DNA of 64,000 nucleotides, taken from the NCBI RefSeq assembly GCF_018977255.1, contig NW_024704743.1, forward strand, positions 35,652,001 through 35,716,000, read 5' to 3'. Both the position numbers and the translations under genes were made by a program. Below the pieces are notes generated by a model. It saw only the letters and a program-made list of their open reading frames with translations. It did no database searches and was not told the origin of the DNA. The DNA comes from Callorhinchus milii. Lineage: Eukaryota. Below, piece by piece: positions 11,599-23,543 of this stretch. Each line of letters opens with the position of its first letter. Position 1 is the first letter of the stretch.

Positions 11599-12393
11599 AA
11601 TGTGGAGAAATGCAAAGTGATGCATTTTGGGAGGAAGAATGAGGAGAGGCAATATAAGCTGATGGTAGAATCTTAAAGGGGGTGAAGGAAGAGAGAGACC
11701 TGGGGGTTCATATAAGTAAATCTTTGAAGGTGGCAGGACAGGCAGATAAAGCTGTTAAAAAGCATACGGGGATACTAGGTCTTATAAATAGGGGCATAGA
11801 ATACAAAAGTCGGGAAGTTATGATGAACCTTTATAAAGCACTGGTTAGGCCTCAGCTGGAGTACTGTGTTCAGTTCAGGCACCGCACTTTAGGAAGGATG
11901 TCAAGGCATTGGAGAGGGTGCAAAGGAGATTTACCAGGAATGAGGGACTTCAGTTATCAGGAGAGGCTAGAGAAGCTAGGATTATTCTCCTCGGAGCAGA
12001 GAAGGTTAAAAGGAGACATAATAGAAGTTTTCAAAATTATGAGGGGATCGATAGAGTGAACGAGGAGAAACTTTTGTCACTGGCAGAGTGGGTCAGTAAC
12101 CCGAGTACACCGATTTAAAATAGTTGTTAAAAGAAACAGAAGGGAGGTGAGGAGAAATTTTTTCACACAACGAGTTGTTCGGATCTGGAATGCATTGCCT
12201 GAAAGGGTGGTGGGAGCCGATTCGATAACAATTTTTAAGAGAGAAGTAGATAATTATTTGGGGAGGACAAGTTTGCAGAGCTATGGGGAGAGCACGGGGG
12301 AGTGGGTCTGATTTGGATAGCTCTTTTCAAAGAGCTGGGACAGACATGATGGGCCGAATGGTCTCCTTCTGTGCTGTATAATTCTATGATTCT
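11599..12393 (+). mobile_element. CR1-clade LINE, 3' portion
   Basis: KCKVMHFG, ERDLGV, LYKALVRPQLEYCVQF, SYQERLEKLGLFS, RRLKGD.IEVFKIM; CR1-type 3' UTR ending attctatgattcta. Confidence 0.95.
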
Positions 12394-12399
12394 AATCAC

Positions 12400-13510
12400 T
12401 ATTCTGTAACTCCTGGTTACAGCTGTCCTGTGAAGGTCCTCCCACCACAGTGAAATTAGATGCCCATCAGATTACTGATGTGGAAATTCTGAGGCTTGGG
12501 GCGACAGCTGCTGGAAAGCATTACCTGGAGTCTTTGTTCATACATCCAACAACAACAACTTGCACTTATATAGCGCCCTCCATGCAGGGTAGCGTCTCAG
12601 AGCGCTTAATTCAGCGTCTGGATTAAGCGTCTGAAATCCACCCTGATTAGTTTGCAGAGAGGTAAGTAGCTGCTGCTCAAGCCCCGCAACTCCAACTGGT
12701 GGAACCATTGCTTAATGGGAAGGGATGCGTGTCCAAGCTGTAGACAGGAAGATGGTAGCAATGCTCTCACACATTTCATGTGGAACTGTGTTTCCCACCA
12801 AGAGGCTCACAGAGAGTTCCTGGTTCCTGCAATCCACCTAGTGAGAACTCAATCTCCCGCTTGTCAGATGTCAAATGACTCACAAATGACTATCCTCTTG
12901 ATGGTGGTGGGGGAGGTAAGCCAGATCTTCTTGGAGCTGAACTAGCTCTAAGGTGACATATTTGGCAACAGAATGTCAGGATCGAGAAAATCTTCAACAA
13001 CGATCTCGGTAGTCCAATTCATGAGCCAGGTGGGTCCACAGTATTCCAGGGCACTGCTAATGACAGTACAACCAGCCTGGCTCATCGGCAGATTAGTCAC
13101 TGGGGGCAGGGAGTCACCCATTCGGCTCCCATTAACTCTGCAAGCCAAAGCCGTAATGGGTATAGTGGTCCTAGCTGGACAAGCAGCGGGAAAGCTTAAC
13201 AGACAGTGCTTTCAATGGCAAGCTATGCAGTTTTAGCTGGTTAGACTCCAGCAGTATCCCAACGCACATTCTAGGGTGCCAAAACCTTGGCTCTTGCTAA
13301 CCTGTGCTTAATACTCTCCAAATTAGGTAAGTAGAAGGCACCCCTCCAGGGAGAGAATGTGCATTCCATTCCAATAAATAAATTCGAATAAATATCTCGG
13401 GAATTTCCATGTATAGGTGGGATGCATGGAGTTCTCAGTTTGGTTTGGATACTCTTAAGCATGATGACGAGTTTTCATGTGGGTTAGACTCCCGGCTGTC
13501 CAAAAAAAGA
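12400..13510 (+). mobile_element. 3' part of an old non-LTR retrotransposon: ORF2 C-terminal CCHC-like knuckle, long 3' UTR and A-tail; clade uncertain
   Basis: CPSC...THFMWNC at ~12730-12790; ends ctgtccaaaaaaa; homologous fragments elsewhere in the window; interrupted by an L2 tail at ~12547-12610 (-). Confidence 0.55.
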
Positions 13511-13679
13511 TACAATTGTTAAACTACGTCCTCTAGTTCTAGACCGCCCTGATCAATGGAAATAATCTTTCCCTGCCCCCACAACGATGTGTGCAGTTAA
13601 TGAGATTTTTTCATTGTAACCTCCCTTCATCTAAGTGCGCTAAAACTTATGAGCACATGGAGAACTGCCTAGGAAATAG

Positions 13680-13795
13680 TATAATAATAATAATCCTTGC
13701 ATTTGATGTAGCGCATTATCACGTCTTCGAGATGTCTCAAAGAGCCTCACAGAATATATTGTAAAGTGCATTAACTGCATATCTTGTGGACGAGA
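13680..13795 (-). mobile_element. SINE 3' tail fragment
   Basis: (AAT)n ccttgcatttgat.tagcgc.ttatcacgtcttcgaga.gtctcaaag. Confidence 0.75.
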
Positions 13796-13879
13796 CTCGA
13801 CAAAATCAACCTTAATTAATTATATAAATTTCAGAATATTAATTAATGTTAAGCAGTTAATGCAAATCCAGTAGATTTT

Positions 13880-14028
13880 CCTGGACCTATTTTTGGTAGG
13901 TTGGGGTATTAAGAGATACGGGGAGAAAGCAGGAAATTGGATTTGAAATTCTAGATCAGCCATGATCTAATTAAATGGCAGAACAGGCTCGACGGGCTGA
14001 ATGGCCTATTCCTGTTCCTATGTTCCTA
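13880..14028 (+). mobile_element. CR1 (or CR1-dependent SINE) 3' UTR fragment
   Basis: gatcagccatgatcta...ggcagaacaggctcgacgggctgaatggcctattcctgttcctatgttcct; resembles the end of 11599-12393. Confidence 0.7.
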
Positions 14029-14639
14029 GACAACAATTTATTTTCCTCCAATAGCAAGTCAGAAAACAGCAGGTTCCATTTGAAAAAAAATCACCATTCA
14101 CAGATTTCAGTTCCCTCCTCCCCATTGCATTCATTTCTATAGCAGTAATTACGATGAAGTGCAAGCCTTTTGGCTGCCTTTAACTGCAGTAATTCCCAGC
14201 AATAAATTGAGCATTCTCCCCATTGTCCTGTAGGCTGTAACATTAATGACCCAAAGTTGCAGAATAAAAAAGCCTTAGAATGTCCTAATAGCCTCTAAGT
14301 AAAAGGGAACTGTTAACATTTTACATGAATACCACTTGGGGAATTCTAGGATTTTCTCAAATAACATCCACTCTCTCGAGTTATACAATAATGAGCAAGA
14401 TGATGCACGTTTAAGACAGGCTTTAGCACTGCAGGGAGAGCATGTTAGTTAAAAATGTTAAAACACAGCACAAAAAACAGAGACCCAAATTTTATAATAA
14501 TAATAATAATCCTTGCAATTGATACAGCGCCTTTCACATCAGGAGGATGTCTCACCAAACACTTCACATGATGTACTGTAAAGTGTACTGACTGCGTAGT
14601 TTGTAGGCAAACATCTATTATTTATTCACAATCTTAAAT

Positions 14640-15037
14640 TTTATGACCTCCCTCTGTTCTGCTGATTTGGGCCATTCTTTCCATAACCCTACCCACCAAC
14701 CATCAATGGGCAAGTTTTCAGACAATTTTGCCTTCACGGTCTAAACTGCTAACTTAGGCTTGCTTCATGTGACACCCCCTTCCCCATCTGCCCTACCATT
14801 GATGGACAAGCTCTCATCCATTTTGTGCTCACTCTCTGGAACTCACTACCAAAATCCCAACGCTTTGCACCCTTACTCTCTGCTTTCAAAACTCTTCTAA
14901 AAAAAATACCTGTTGGACTGTACCTTTGGTCAACCCTCTGCTATTATGGTTTATCCCTCAACCTGTTTGGGCTCCAATCCTGTCTCTGAAATGCTTTGAA
15001 ATGTTTTCCTGTGAGAAAGCTGCTATACAAGTTATTG
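14640..15037 (+). mobile_element. Old degenerate L2 3' fragments
   Basis: cctaccattgatggacaagc...ctctggaactc...ttcaaaactcttctaaaa...; L2-like tail. Confidence 0.55.
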
Positions 15038-15349
15038 TAGTCACTGAGAAATGAATACAAAATAATAAGCTTTAATTTGGTACAGCGCCTTGCACATAAG
15101 GAAGATATCTCAAAGCTCTTCCGAGGGTATACTGTAAAATGTAGTGATTGTATTTTTTTAGGCAATTGTGGCAACTGATTTGTGCACAGCAACATCCCAC
15201 AAACAGCCATGAAATGAATGACCAATTTTATTTGAGGAATTAAGTTTACTGCACAGAGGAAAATAATTCAACTCATTATGTACATCCTAGAACTAGAACT
15301 CCAGCTCCCTCTCTCCCCTCTTCCCTCCATTGCTCGAATCACATTTAGT

Positions 15350-15796
15350 TTATAATGATAATTCTTACATTTGTTGTAGCACCTTTCACAATGGGAGGAT
15401 ATCCCAAAGCACTTCACAGGATACACTGTAAAGTGTAGTGACTGTTTTTTTGTGAGCAAACGCAGAAGCCAATTTGTGTACAGCCAAGACCAACAACAGC
15501 CATGAAATGAATCACAACTTTTTTTGTTTGGGGTGGATGTTGGCCAGGACACCAGGAGAAACCTCCTTCTCTTTTCGAATAGTGGCAACAGGGATCTTTA
15601 ACATCCACCTGAACAGGCAGATCGGGCCTCAGTTTAACATCTCATATGAAGGATAGCACCTCTAGCAATTCAGCATCTCCAACACTGCATTGGAGAGTCA
15701 CCTTAAGCTATATGAGTTCCACGTCCTAACATGGAGCTTGAAGTGCACAACCTTCTAACTCAAAAGTGGGAGTGCTATCAACTGAGCCAGGTTGAC
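15350..15796 (-). mobile_element. Near full-length Deu-domain SINE (SacSINE1-like)
   Basis: Pol III-type head, central caggtggatgttaaagatccc...cactattcgaaaagagaaggag...ggtgtcctggccaac domain, L2-type tail. Family name is from recalled similarity. Confidence 0.75.
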
Positions 15797-16779
15797 CGAC
15801 AAGCTCTTAATACAGTAATTTTGCTGCCTTGTAATAGTTCATACTGTATGAGATAAATAGCAAAGTCTAGAACATACAGTAATCCTTATCTTGCTTACAA
15901 ACAATTAGTACAAGTTCAGTGACTGTTGAGTTATATATAACACAGATCTGTCAAACTATTATATCTATATTGTAATTCAAGGGTTAAGCAAGAAACTTAT
16001 AACAGCAAAATGTTCATCGTATCAGTATATTAGTCAGCTCTGTTTCGTGGTTTCCTTGGCTTGTAAAATTGCACATAAAAATGTTATTTAACTGCTGATT
16101 AAGATAACTTAAATCTGATGTAAACTTATAAGTGGAGAAAATGTGAATGTAGACCAACTTGGCAGATCAATCAAAAAAAACAGTGATTAAACAAATAAAA
16201 ACTCTCTGCGGTCTATAATCAACAATAATATCCACCTCTCTTTAAAATAAAACATGTGGTTGCTTGGATCTGAGAAAGATACAAAAAATCATTTAGGCAG
16301 TGTACCACCTAGTGGATGGAAGTTTTGAAATGCTGCAAACTTTACCATAGTTTCTAAAACCTAACACTTGTAGGCGTTCGCCTACAAAACACAGTCACAA
16401 CACTTCACAGTGTATCCTGTGAACCGCTTTGTGAAAGATACTATACCAATCGTAAGGATTATTATTAAAATTCTTTATTATAACATGCTTTGTGCAGGCA
16501 ATGAAGCCACTCAATTTAATTGCAAGATGAGCACGTACAACTATGCGATCAACTAGAGGAATTTATGGCTTCCTGGACAAGTTGAGCTGCCTCCATTCTG
16601 CACATGGTTGAAAGGTCTTAGTGACATCCTCTTATTTTTTTAAAAAATATATCACTCAAATTAATACATCACAGACTGTTCAGTAAAATTCATCTTATCT
16701 CTCCTCCTGTTCCAAAACAATTACTTGCATTTATATGGAGCTCTTCTTGTGGTGTAATGTCTTGGACAGTCTAACAGGA

Positions 16780-17105
16780 ACAACAACAACAACAAGATTT
16801 CATTTATAGAGCGCCTTTCACGTAGGGAGGACGTCCCAAGGCGCTGTACAGTTGGGTCAGGACCCGAGCAGGGGGGGAAATGGTCAGGGGGAGGGGAGGG
16901 AGCGAGGAAGGGATAGAGAGTCGAGAGGGGAGCTGAAGGCACGGTCGAAGAGAAAGGTCTTGAGACCGGCCTTGAAGGAGGAAAGGGAGGAGGCAAGGCG
17001 AAGGCACTGGGGGATGGAGTTCCAGAGCCTCGGGGCTGAGAGGCTGAAGGCCCAGCCACCGATGGTAGGGCGGTTAGGGCGGGGGACGTGGAGCAGACTG
17101 GAACG
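16780..17105 (-). mobile_element. L2 LINE 3' end (subfamily alpha, young)
   Basis: LLHVPRPNRPTIGGWAFSLSAPRLWNSIPQCLRLASSLSSFKAGLKTFLFDRAF plus tail. Confidence 0.95.
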
Positions 17106-17299
17106 AGGTTGGATGCTGAGCAAGGGAGAGAAGAGGAGGTCATAGGTGCGAAGAGGTAGATTTGAGGTGGGACTTAAAGACAGTCGAGATCAAGAATCAC
17201 TCCAGTAGTTATAGCTACTGACCTAGTCCTGATAAAGCATTCTGAGACATTACTGAGCAAGTTGATATAAATGTAAGCCGTTGCTATACTTGTTACTTA

Positions 17300-17693
17300 T
17301 AATAATAGTAATAATAAACCTTGCATTTGATATAGCACCTTATCACGTCTTCGAGGTGTCTCAAAGCGCTTCACAGAATATACTGTAAAGTGAATTGACT
17401 GTATATTTTGTGGGTGAAACGCAGCTGCCAATTGCGCACAGCAGTATCCCAAGAACAGTCTTGTATTGAGTGACCAAATTATTATTCTGAATTATATATA
17501 TATTTTTGAAGGGATTATTACCCCCAGAAAAGCAATTTGTCAATCAACTTAACAACTGGGTTCCTACTTAATGCTAAGTAAACAGAGGCGGATGGAGTAA
17601 GGAAACTTGCCCAAAGTTTTGCCCTACCAGGAATCGAACACAGGTCCTCTCGCTTGGGAGGCAAGTGCTCTAACCACTAAGCTACAGGACTCC
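17300..17693 (-). mobile_element. Full-length tRNA-derived SINE with L2-type tail and (TTA)n end
   Basis: Head ggagtcctgtagcttagtggttagagc...gttcgattcc on the minus strand; colinear with 52706-53075. Confidence 0.9.
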
Positions 17694-18689
17694 TACTTAT
17701 AGGTTAGTCTACCAAGTGTGGGGCCCTGCATTTAAATTCCAATTTCCATTCTTCAGGCTATCTCACAATGTGCACATTGCTTTGCTCACACACGTAATAC
17801 ACATGCCTCCTCTCTCTCTCACTTGTTGCCGAGGTATCCTGACCTCTCTCTCTTATCTGTTACCTCTGGTACCCTGACAGTGACTTACACCAGTGAACAG
17901 AGCAGGGAGGATTGGCAGCTTCTGCGTGTGTGTGTTACCAATGGGTTGTACCTATTAGAACACATACACACCAAACATTTATCAAACATTTTCTGAAACA
18001 TTTCCCCTACAAGTACGGGCGGGAAGTTATAACCAGAAGCTCGCTCACTGTGAGCTGCTGAAAGCTGAGAGACACACAGCCTGACAGGTGTTCAGCCCTC
18101 ACATGGCACTGGGGGGAGGGGTTTCCTCTCTCCCTCACACACTACATATAAAAAGACTTCACTGACATGTTGCCAAGAAAAAAACCTTGCATCTTTCTAA
18201 AATGCAATGCTTCGTGGCACCTGGAGCAATACTCTAGAGACCTGCCTACACTGAGTTGGGTTGGACGGTTGGTGAGGTGTCAGGGCTGGTGCTGTGACCC
18301 ATCGTGGGTATCACACGCTGTCTGTCTGCCCCTGATACGGTCTCTTGGTTACGCTGGCAACATGCTTCACTCTTGTGCATTGCTTGAGGCTAAACGCACA
18401 GGTATCTGTCACTTGAAAAGTAAATGTTTCTGTTGTTTTTCTGGTTTGGCAGAACAGCAGCATTTCTCGACTTTAACCCCTACAACTTCCGGACAGCCTT
18501 ACGGAAAGCCCATAATGAGTCTTTCACTTCAGTGAACCACTCCTTCCCCTTCCAAACCCAGAATAATTTAACTAAATACCGTGATGCTGAGAATGGCTGC
18601 ATAAAGAAAAACAGGATATGCCATAATGTGTAATGACTGTATTTTGTACGTGAACGCAGCAGCCAATTTGTGCTAAGGAATGTCCCACA

Positions 18690-19247
18690 AACAACAACAA
18701 CAACAACAACAAAAACAAGATTGCATTTATAGAGCACTTTTCACGTCGGGAGGACATCCCAAGGCGCCAGACAGTTGGGTCGGGGCCCGAGCAGGGGGGA
18801 AATGGTCAGGGTGAGGGGAGGGAAGGGAGGGAGCGAGGAGGGGGTAGAGAGTCGAGAGGGGAGCTGAAGGCACGGTTGAAGAGAAAGGTCTGAAGACCGG
18901 CCTTGAAGGAGGAAAGGGAGGAAGCGGCGAAGGCACTGGAGGATGGAGTTCCAGAGCCTCGGGGCTGAGAGGCTGAAGGCCCAGCCACCGATGGTAGGGC
19001 GGTTGGGGCGGGGAACGTGGAGCAGACCGGAGCCAGAGGAACGGAGGGTACGGGCAGGTAGGTAGGGGGATAGTAGGTCGGAGAGGCAGGAGGGAGCAAG
19101 GCCGTGAATGGCCTTGTAGGTGAGGATGAGGATCTTGAATTCGATCCTCTGGGGGATGGGGAGCCAGTGGAGGCGAGCGAGGGTGGAAGTGATGTGGTCG
19201 CGTAGGCTGGTGCGGGACGGTACACGAGCTGCAGAGTTCTGAATGAC
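18690..19247 (-). mobile_element. L2 LINE 3' end (subfamily alpha, young)
   Basis: IQNSAARV...LHWLPIPQRIEFKILILTYKAIHGLAPS...; nearly identical to 6497-7088. Confidence 0.95.
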
Positions 19248-19249
19248 CA

Positions 19250-19530
19250 AACAACCTTTCTCTTTTCAAATGGCGCTACAGGATCTTTAACAACAACAAC
19301 TTGCATTTATATAGCGCCCTTCACGCCTGGTAGTGTCCTGGAGCGCTTCTGAACCAACTGAAAAGGCAGAATGGAACCTCGGTTTAAATTCTCTTACAAA
19401 GGATAGCAGCTCCAACGATGCATCACATCCCCCAGCACTTCACTATGAGTTTAAAGTCCCAACATGGGATTGAACCCATCACTTTGTAACACAGAGGCAA
19501 GAGCACTACTAACTGAGACAAGCTAACATA
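19250..19530 (-). mobile_element. Deu/SacSINE1-like SINE 5' part, interrupted by an L2 tail (~19289-19350)
   Basis: ctcttttcaaat...ggatctttaac[insert]...cctcggtttaa...ggatagca.ctcc, matching 15560-15796. Confidence 0.6.
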
Positions 19531-19598
19531 CAATTATAGGCAGCTCTTTCTCCCCTCAAATAGATAATCAGTTTTAAATAATAATAAATAAGCAGAAT

Positions 19599-20077
19599 AT
19601 TTCTTATGTGTGTCATTTGTATCATCCAAAGTCTTGTCTTTGGATGATCCAAAGCTAACTATTTAGAATATTTAGAACAGCTTGCGAGATTAGGAACTAG
19701 GTTTCCAAATTGATCGGATGATGTTGTAATTTCAAATGACAAAATTATCACTCTGAGTGACTCAGAGTGTGGAGTCCATCATGTATCATTACCCTTCAGG
19801 AAAAAAGTTCCTTGTGCAAGGCACAACCTTCAAGTTTGATTAAGAAAAAGTTGACTTATAAAGTGTGGACTGACTCACTAAATTATAACAGATGATGAGA
19901 AACAGATTCGTGCCCATTTGCTTTGACATACACTTTAACGTACGCCAGAGATTGTTGCAGAGTTTCTTCGTTCAATCAGAGCTAGTGTGTAATGCGATAT
20001 TTAGTAAAACAAAGACAGTAGCTTTGGATCATCCAAAGACAAGACTTTGGATGATACAAATGACACACATAAGAAAT
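19599..20077. repeat. 479-bp unit bounded by perfect 59-bp inverted repeats
   Basis: 19599-19657 is the exact reverse complement of 20019-20077. Confidence 0.9.
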
Positions 20078-20906
20078 TTAATGATATCATCTGAACCCAA
20101 GTTTAATTTCATCAAAGGCATGTTTTTTTTTCATTTCTTCGCCTATGCCTCCTGGTAGCAGTGACGTTCTGGGATACAGTTGCATAGAAACTAGCAGCCC
20201 TCTGCAATCTCACCCAAGTGGCCATTCTTCATGTACGAACATGGATAGTGGGTGTAAGCAGACAATTTGACTGTGGGGCAGGAATCACACCCACAAAAAG
20301 CTGTTGAAGATGTCACAATTAGCAAGTGGAAAGGTTCAGTTTTTTTATCGTTTCAAGTTATTCTTGGCCACTTTTTACTCTTCATAAAAATGTTGTGTTT
20401 CAATTGGTTTAATTGGTAGCACCCTTACCTTTGGGTTACAAATGTTCTGGATTTGAATCAATTCAGGACTTGATTTCATAGTCCAGGCCGACTCCAGTGG
20501 TTTACTGGGGAATTGCTGCTTCTTTGCAGGTGCCATTCTTTGCATTTGTCTTGCCTTTTTTTCCCTCCCCAAATTATTATTTTCTCTTCTTCTGTAGGTT
20601 CTGGCTTTTTCTATGTTATTGTTTCTGGTTAACCTCGCTGTTTGCTTTATCGATGAAATCTGGAGATGTAGACATATCCAAAACTCAAGACTTAATAGTA
20701 CTAACTAGACGAGTACCATTGCGTTGTTTCCATTGTTTGGTTTCGTCCATAAAATGCACAGCCAATTCACTTTACAGTATATTCTGTAAAGTGCTTTGTG
20801 GTGTCTCAATGATGTGATAAGGCGCTATATCAAATGCAAGGATTATTATTATTATATTTATGGCTCAGTAACAATCAGACATTGCATTTTCCTACTAAGA
20901 TATTGT

Positions 20907-21287
20907 GTGTCAGCCTGGCTCTGTGCTAGCACTCTCGTCTCTGAATCAGAAGGTTGAGAGTTCACATTGTCTGAGCTGAGGACAATGCTGGGGAGTGACT
21001 CAGAGTGTGGGGGTGCGGTGCTGTCTGCCTGTTCAGGTGGACTTTAGAAATTTCATGGCACTATTTAAAAAGAGAAGGGAGTTTCTCCCAGTGTCCTGGC
21101 CATCAAATCCACTAAATAAAATTAGTCACTCACTCTATGGCTGTTTGTGGGACATTGCTATGTGCAAACTGGCTGCTGTGTTTCTCCACAAGATACAGTC
21201 AATCCATTTTACATTATATCCTGTGAAGTGCTTTGAGATCTCTCGACGACATGATAAGGCGCCATATCAAATGCACGGATTATTATT
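20907..21287 (+). mobile_element. Deu/SacSINE1-like SINE
   Basis: Head gtcagcctggct...gcactctcgtctctgaatcagaaggttg, Deu-like core, L2-type tail with (TTA)n. Confidence 0.75.
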
Positions 21288-21443
21288 GTGTAATCTCACC
21301 TCAGCACTATAGGTATTGCACTATTTATGCACCCACTGACCAAATCTCTGAATCTACCTATTCTAACGATTTAGTTGCTGTTCATCTTTCAGACAGGAAA
21401 TTAATTACTTTATAGATCAGCAAAAAGAGTATGACTGTCAATG

Positions 21444-21800
21444 ACAACAACAACTTGCATTTATATAAGGCCCTCCATGCAGCATAGTGTCTCGGAGCGC
21501 TTAACAGTGGCGTACTGTGATAGCAAGCTGGGAGGAGGGAGGTGATCATAGGCACGTTTAAAGAGGAAAGCATTTTAAGGCATGATTTGAAAGTGGGTAA
21601 GGAGGGGGCAAGGCAGAGGAAGGAAGGGATTGAAGGAGAGATTTTCAAAGTTTTGGGGCTTGGTGGCTGAAAGCACGGCCACCAATGGTGGAACAGAGGG
21701 GATGAGGGACAAACTTTAGGAGGCCTGAGCGAACCTTGCGGAGGCAGTCAGTGGTGGCGTGGGGAACAAGCAGGGTTGGAGAGGCAGAGAGGTGCAATGA
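21444..21800 (-). mobile_element. L2 3' end (subfamily beta, degenerate)
   Basis: (CAA)n cttgcatttatataaggccctccatgcag...gagcgcttaacagtggcg; ggctgaaagcacggccaccaatggtgg. Confidence 0.8.
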
Positions 21801-22269
21801 CTGAGATCTTGTGGCAGTTTCTCACTCTCTTTGGTTTCCATGAGCTTTGACACGTTCAACAGTAGGGATGGATTTGTATTGGGTATGATTTTGATCTCTT
21901 GTTGTGGCTATGAGAAAAATGTGCTACCTTCCTTTCAGAAGTCACTTTTGAAATGGATAGGTTTGGATTAATCTGTTGAACACACACATTTTCCAGCAGG
22001 GGTCATTGGATATCTGTCAGGAGCAGAAATCCTGGCACATTTTCTCCTACAGCATGATAATATTACTGCCACTGCTAACCTGGATGAGCTGGAATGGGAC
22101 ACCAACCTTCCACTATAGACCACCTTCCACTATTCTCCTTTCCACCGGTTTACTGAAGCCAGCCAAATGGAGACATTTATCATATTTCACTGGTGCCAAT
22201 GACAATTCTACTTATAACACTTGTGGTATGTTTTCAAAGGAAAACATGACTCATCCTGGCTCTGGTTCC

Positions 22270-22520
22270 ACAGAACTGGCAGTCGTCTGATATCTTGCCC
22301 AAGTGGCCATTCTTTCATATGTGAGCCTAGATGGTGAATGTCAACAGGTTATTGGATCATAGGGGGCATCACACATAAGCCCAATCCTGTTCTCAGCCAG
22401 CACATTCACATGCGTATTTCCCAGGATGAACCTCTGGATAGTGCCCAGAAATGGGAATCCTGATTAACTTTTCCCTTCCCAAACTCAGTGCAGTAATGCA
22501 GTTCGGGAGCCTGAAAATAA
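22270..22520 (-). mobile_element. Ancient SINE-like repeat (family F)
   Basis: cccaagtggccattct.tcat.tgtgagcctaga...ggcatcaca..agcccaatcctgt; related blocks at ~20150-20300, 23555-23800, 24760-25085, 39040-39230. Confidence 0.6.
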
Positions 22521-22855
22521 TGCTTCAAATTGTCACTTTGTCCTTGTAATGTTGTACCAGAGAAATACAAATTAACTTGTGCTGCTATCCAATCACATGA
22601 ATGTAATGAATAAAAAGTAATGGAATAAATGTAGTGCAGTAAGGCCATGTTCCAGTGGATAAAAATCGTGTCCTTGCTTTGACAATTTCCTTATTGTTCA
22701 GATAATAGCGTCAATTACAAGTGCTTTATCCCCCTTTCCCGTTTCTCCAAGTGGCATTTGTCTCCTGCTTCCTTCTGTTGGTCTATGTTTCGACAGTATC
22801 TCAGTATCTACTCAAGTGGCTGTGACATTTTTTTAATACTAATAATTTGGGCACT

Positions 22856-23390
22856 CAACAACAACAATTTGCACTTACCCTCCACGCAGGGTAGTGTCTC
22901 AGCGCGCTTAACAGTGGCGTAGCCTGACTCCGAGCCGGTGGTGGAGGTTTCCGTAAGTAGGGTCGAAGACGAAGGTTTTCAGGCGGGACTTGAAAAAGCG
23001 GAAAGAGAGGGCAAGGTGAAGGGAATGAGGGAGAGTGTTCCAGAGTTTCGGGGCATAGTGGCTGAAAGCGCGACCTCCGATGGTGGGGCGGTGGGAGTTG
23101 AGGGACAAGCAGGAGGCCAGTGCGAGTCGAGCGGATGCGCTGGGTGGTGGATTGGGGAGTGAGGAGGTCGGAGAGGTAGGGAGGTGCCAGGGAGTGAGGG
23201 GATTTGAACACGATTGTGAGGATCTTGAAGTTGATCCGTTTGGTGATGGGGAGCCAGTGGACCCTGGCCAGAACTGGTGAGATGTGGGTACGGAGTTTGG
23301 TCTGGATCAGTATGCGGGCAGCAGAGTTCTGAATGAGTTGGATCTTTTGAATAGCGTAGTTGGGAAGACCGGTGAGGAGTGCGTTTGATC
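22856..23390 (-). mobile_element. L2 LINE 3' end (subfamily beta)
   Basis: FKSPHSLAPPYLSDLL, TIGGRAFSHYAPKLWNTLP...FKSRLKTF; similar to 11075-11598. Confidence 0.92.
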
Positions 23391-23394
23391 CACA

Positions 23395-23543
23395 ACTGTT
23401 TGTGAAACACTGCTGTGTGCAATTGGCTGCCGCGTTTTGCCCACAAAATAGTTAATTCACTTTACAATATATTCTGTGAAGCGCTTTGAGGCGTCTTAAT
23501 GACGCAATAAGGCATTATATCAAATGCAACGTTTATTATTATT
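23395..23543 (+). mobile_element. SINE 3' half
   Basis: ctgtttgtg..acactgctgtgtgcaattggctgccgcg...ttctgtgaagcgctttgag...(TTA)n. Confidence 0.8.
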
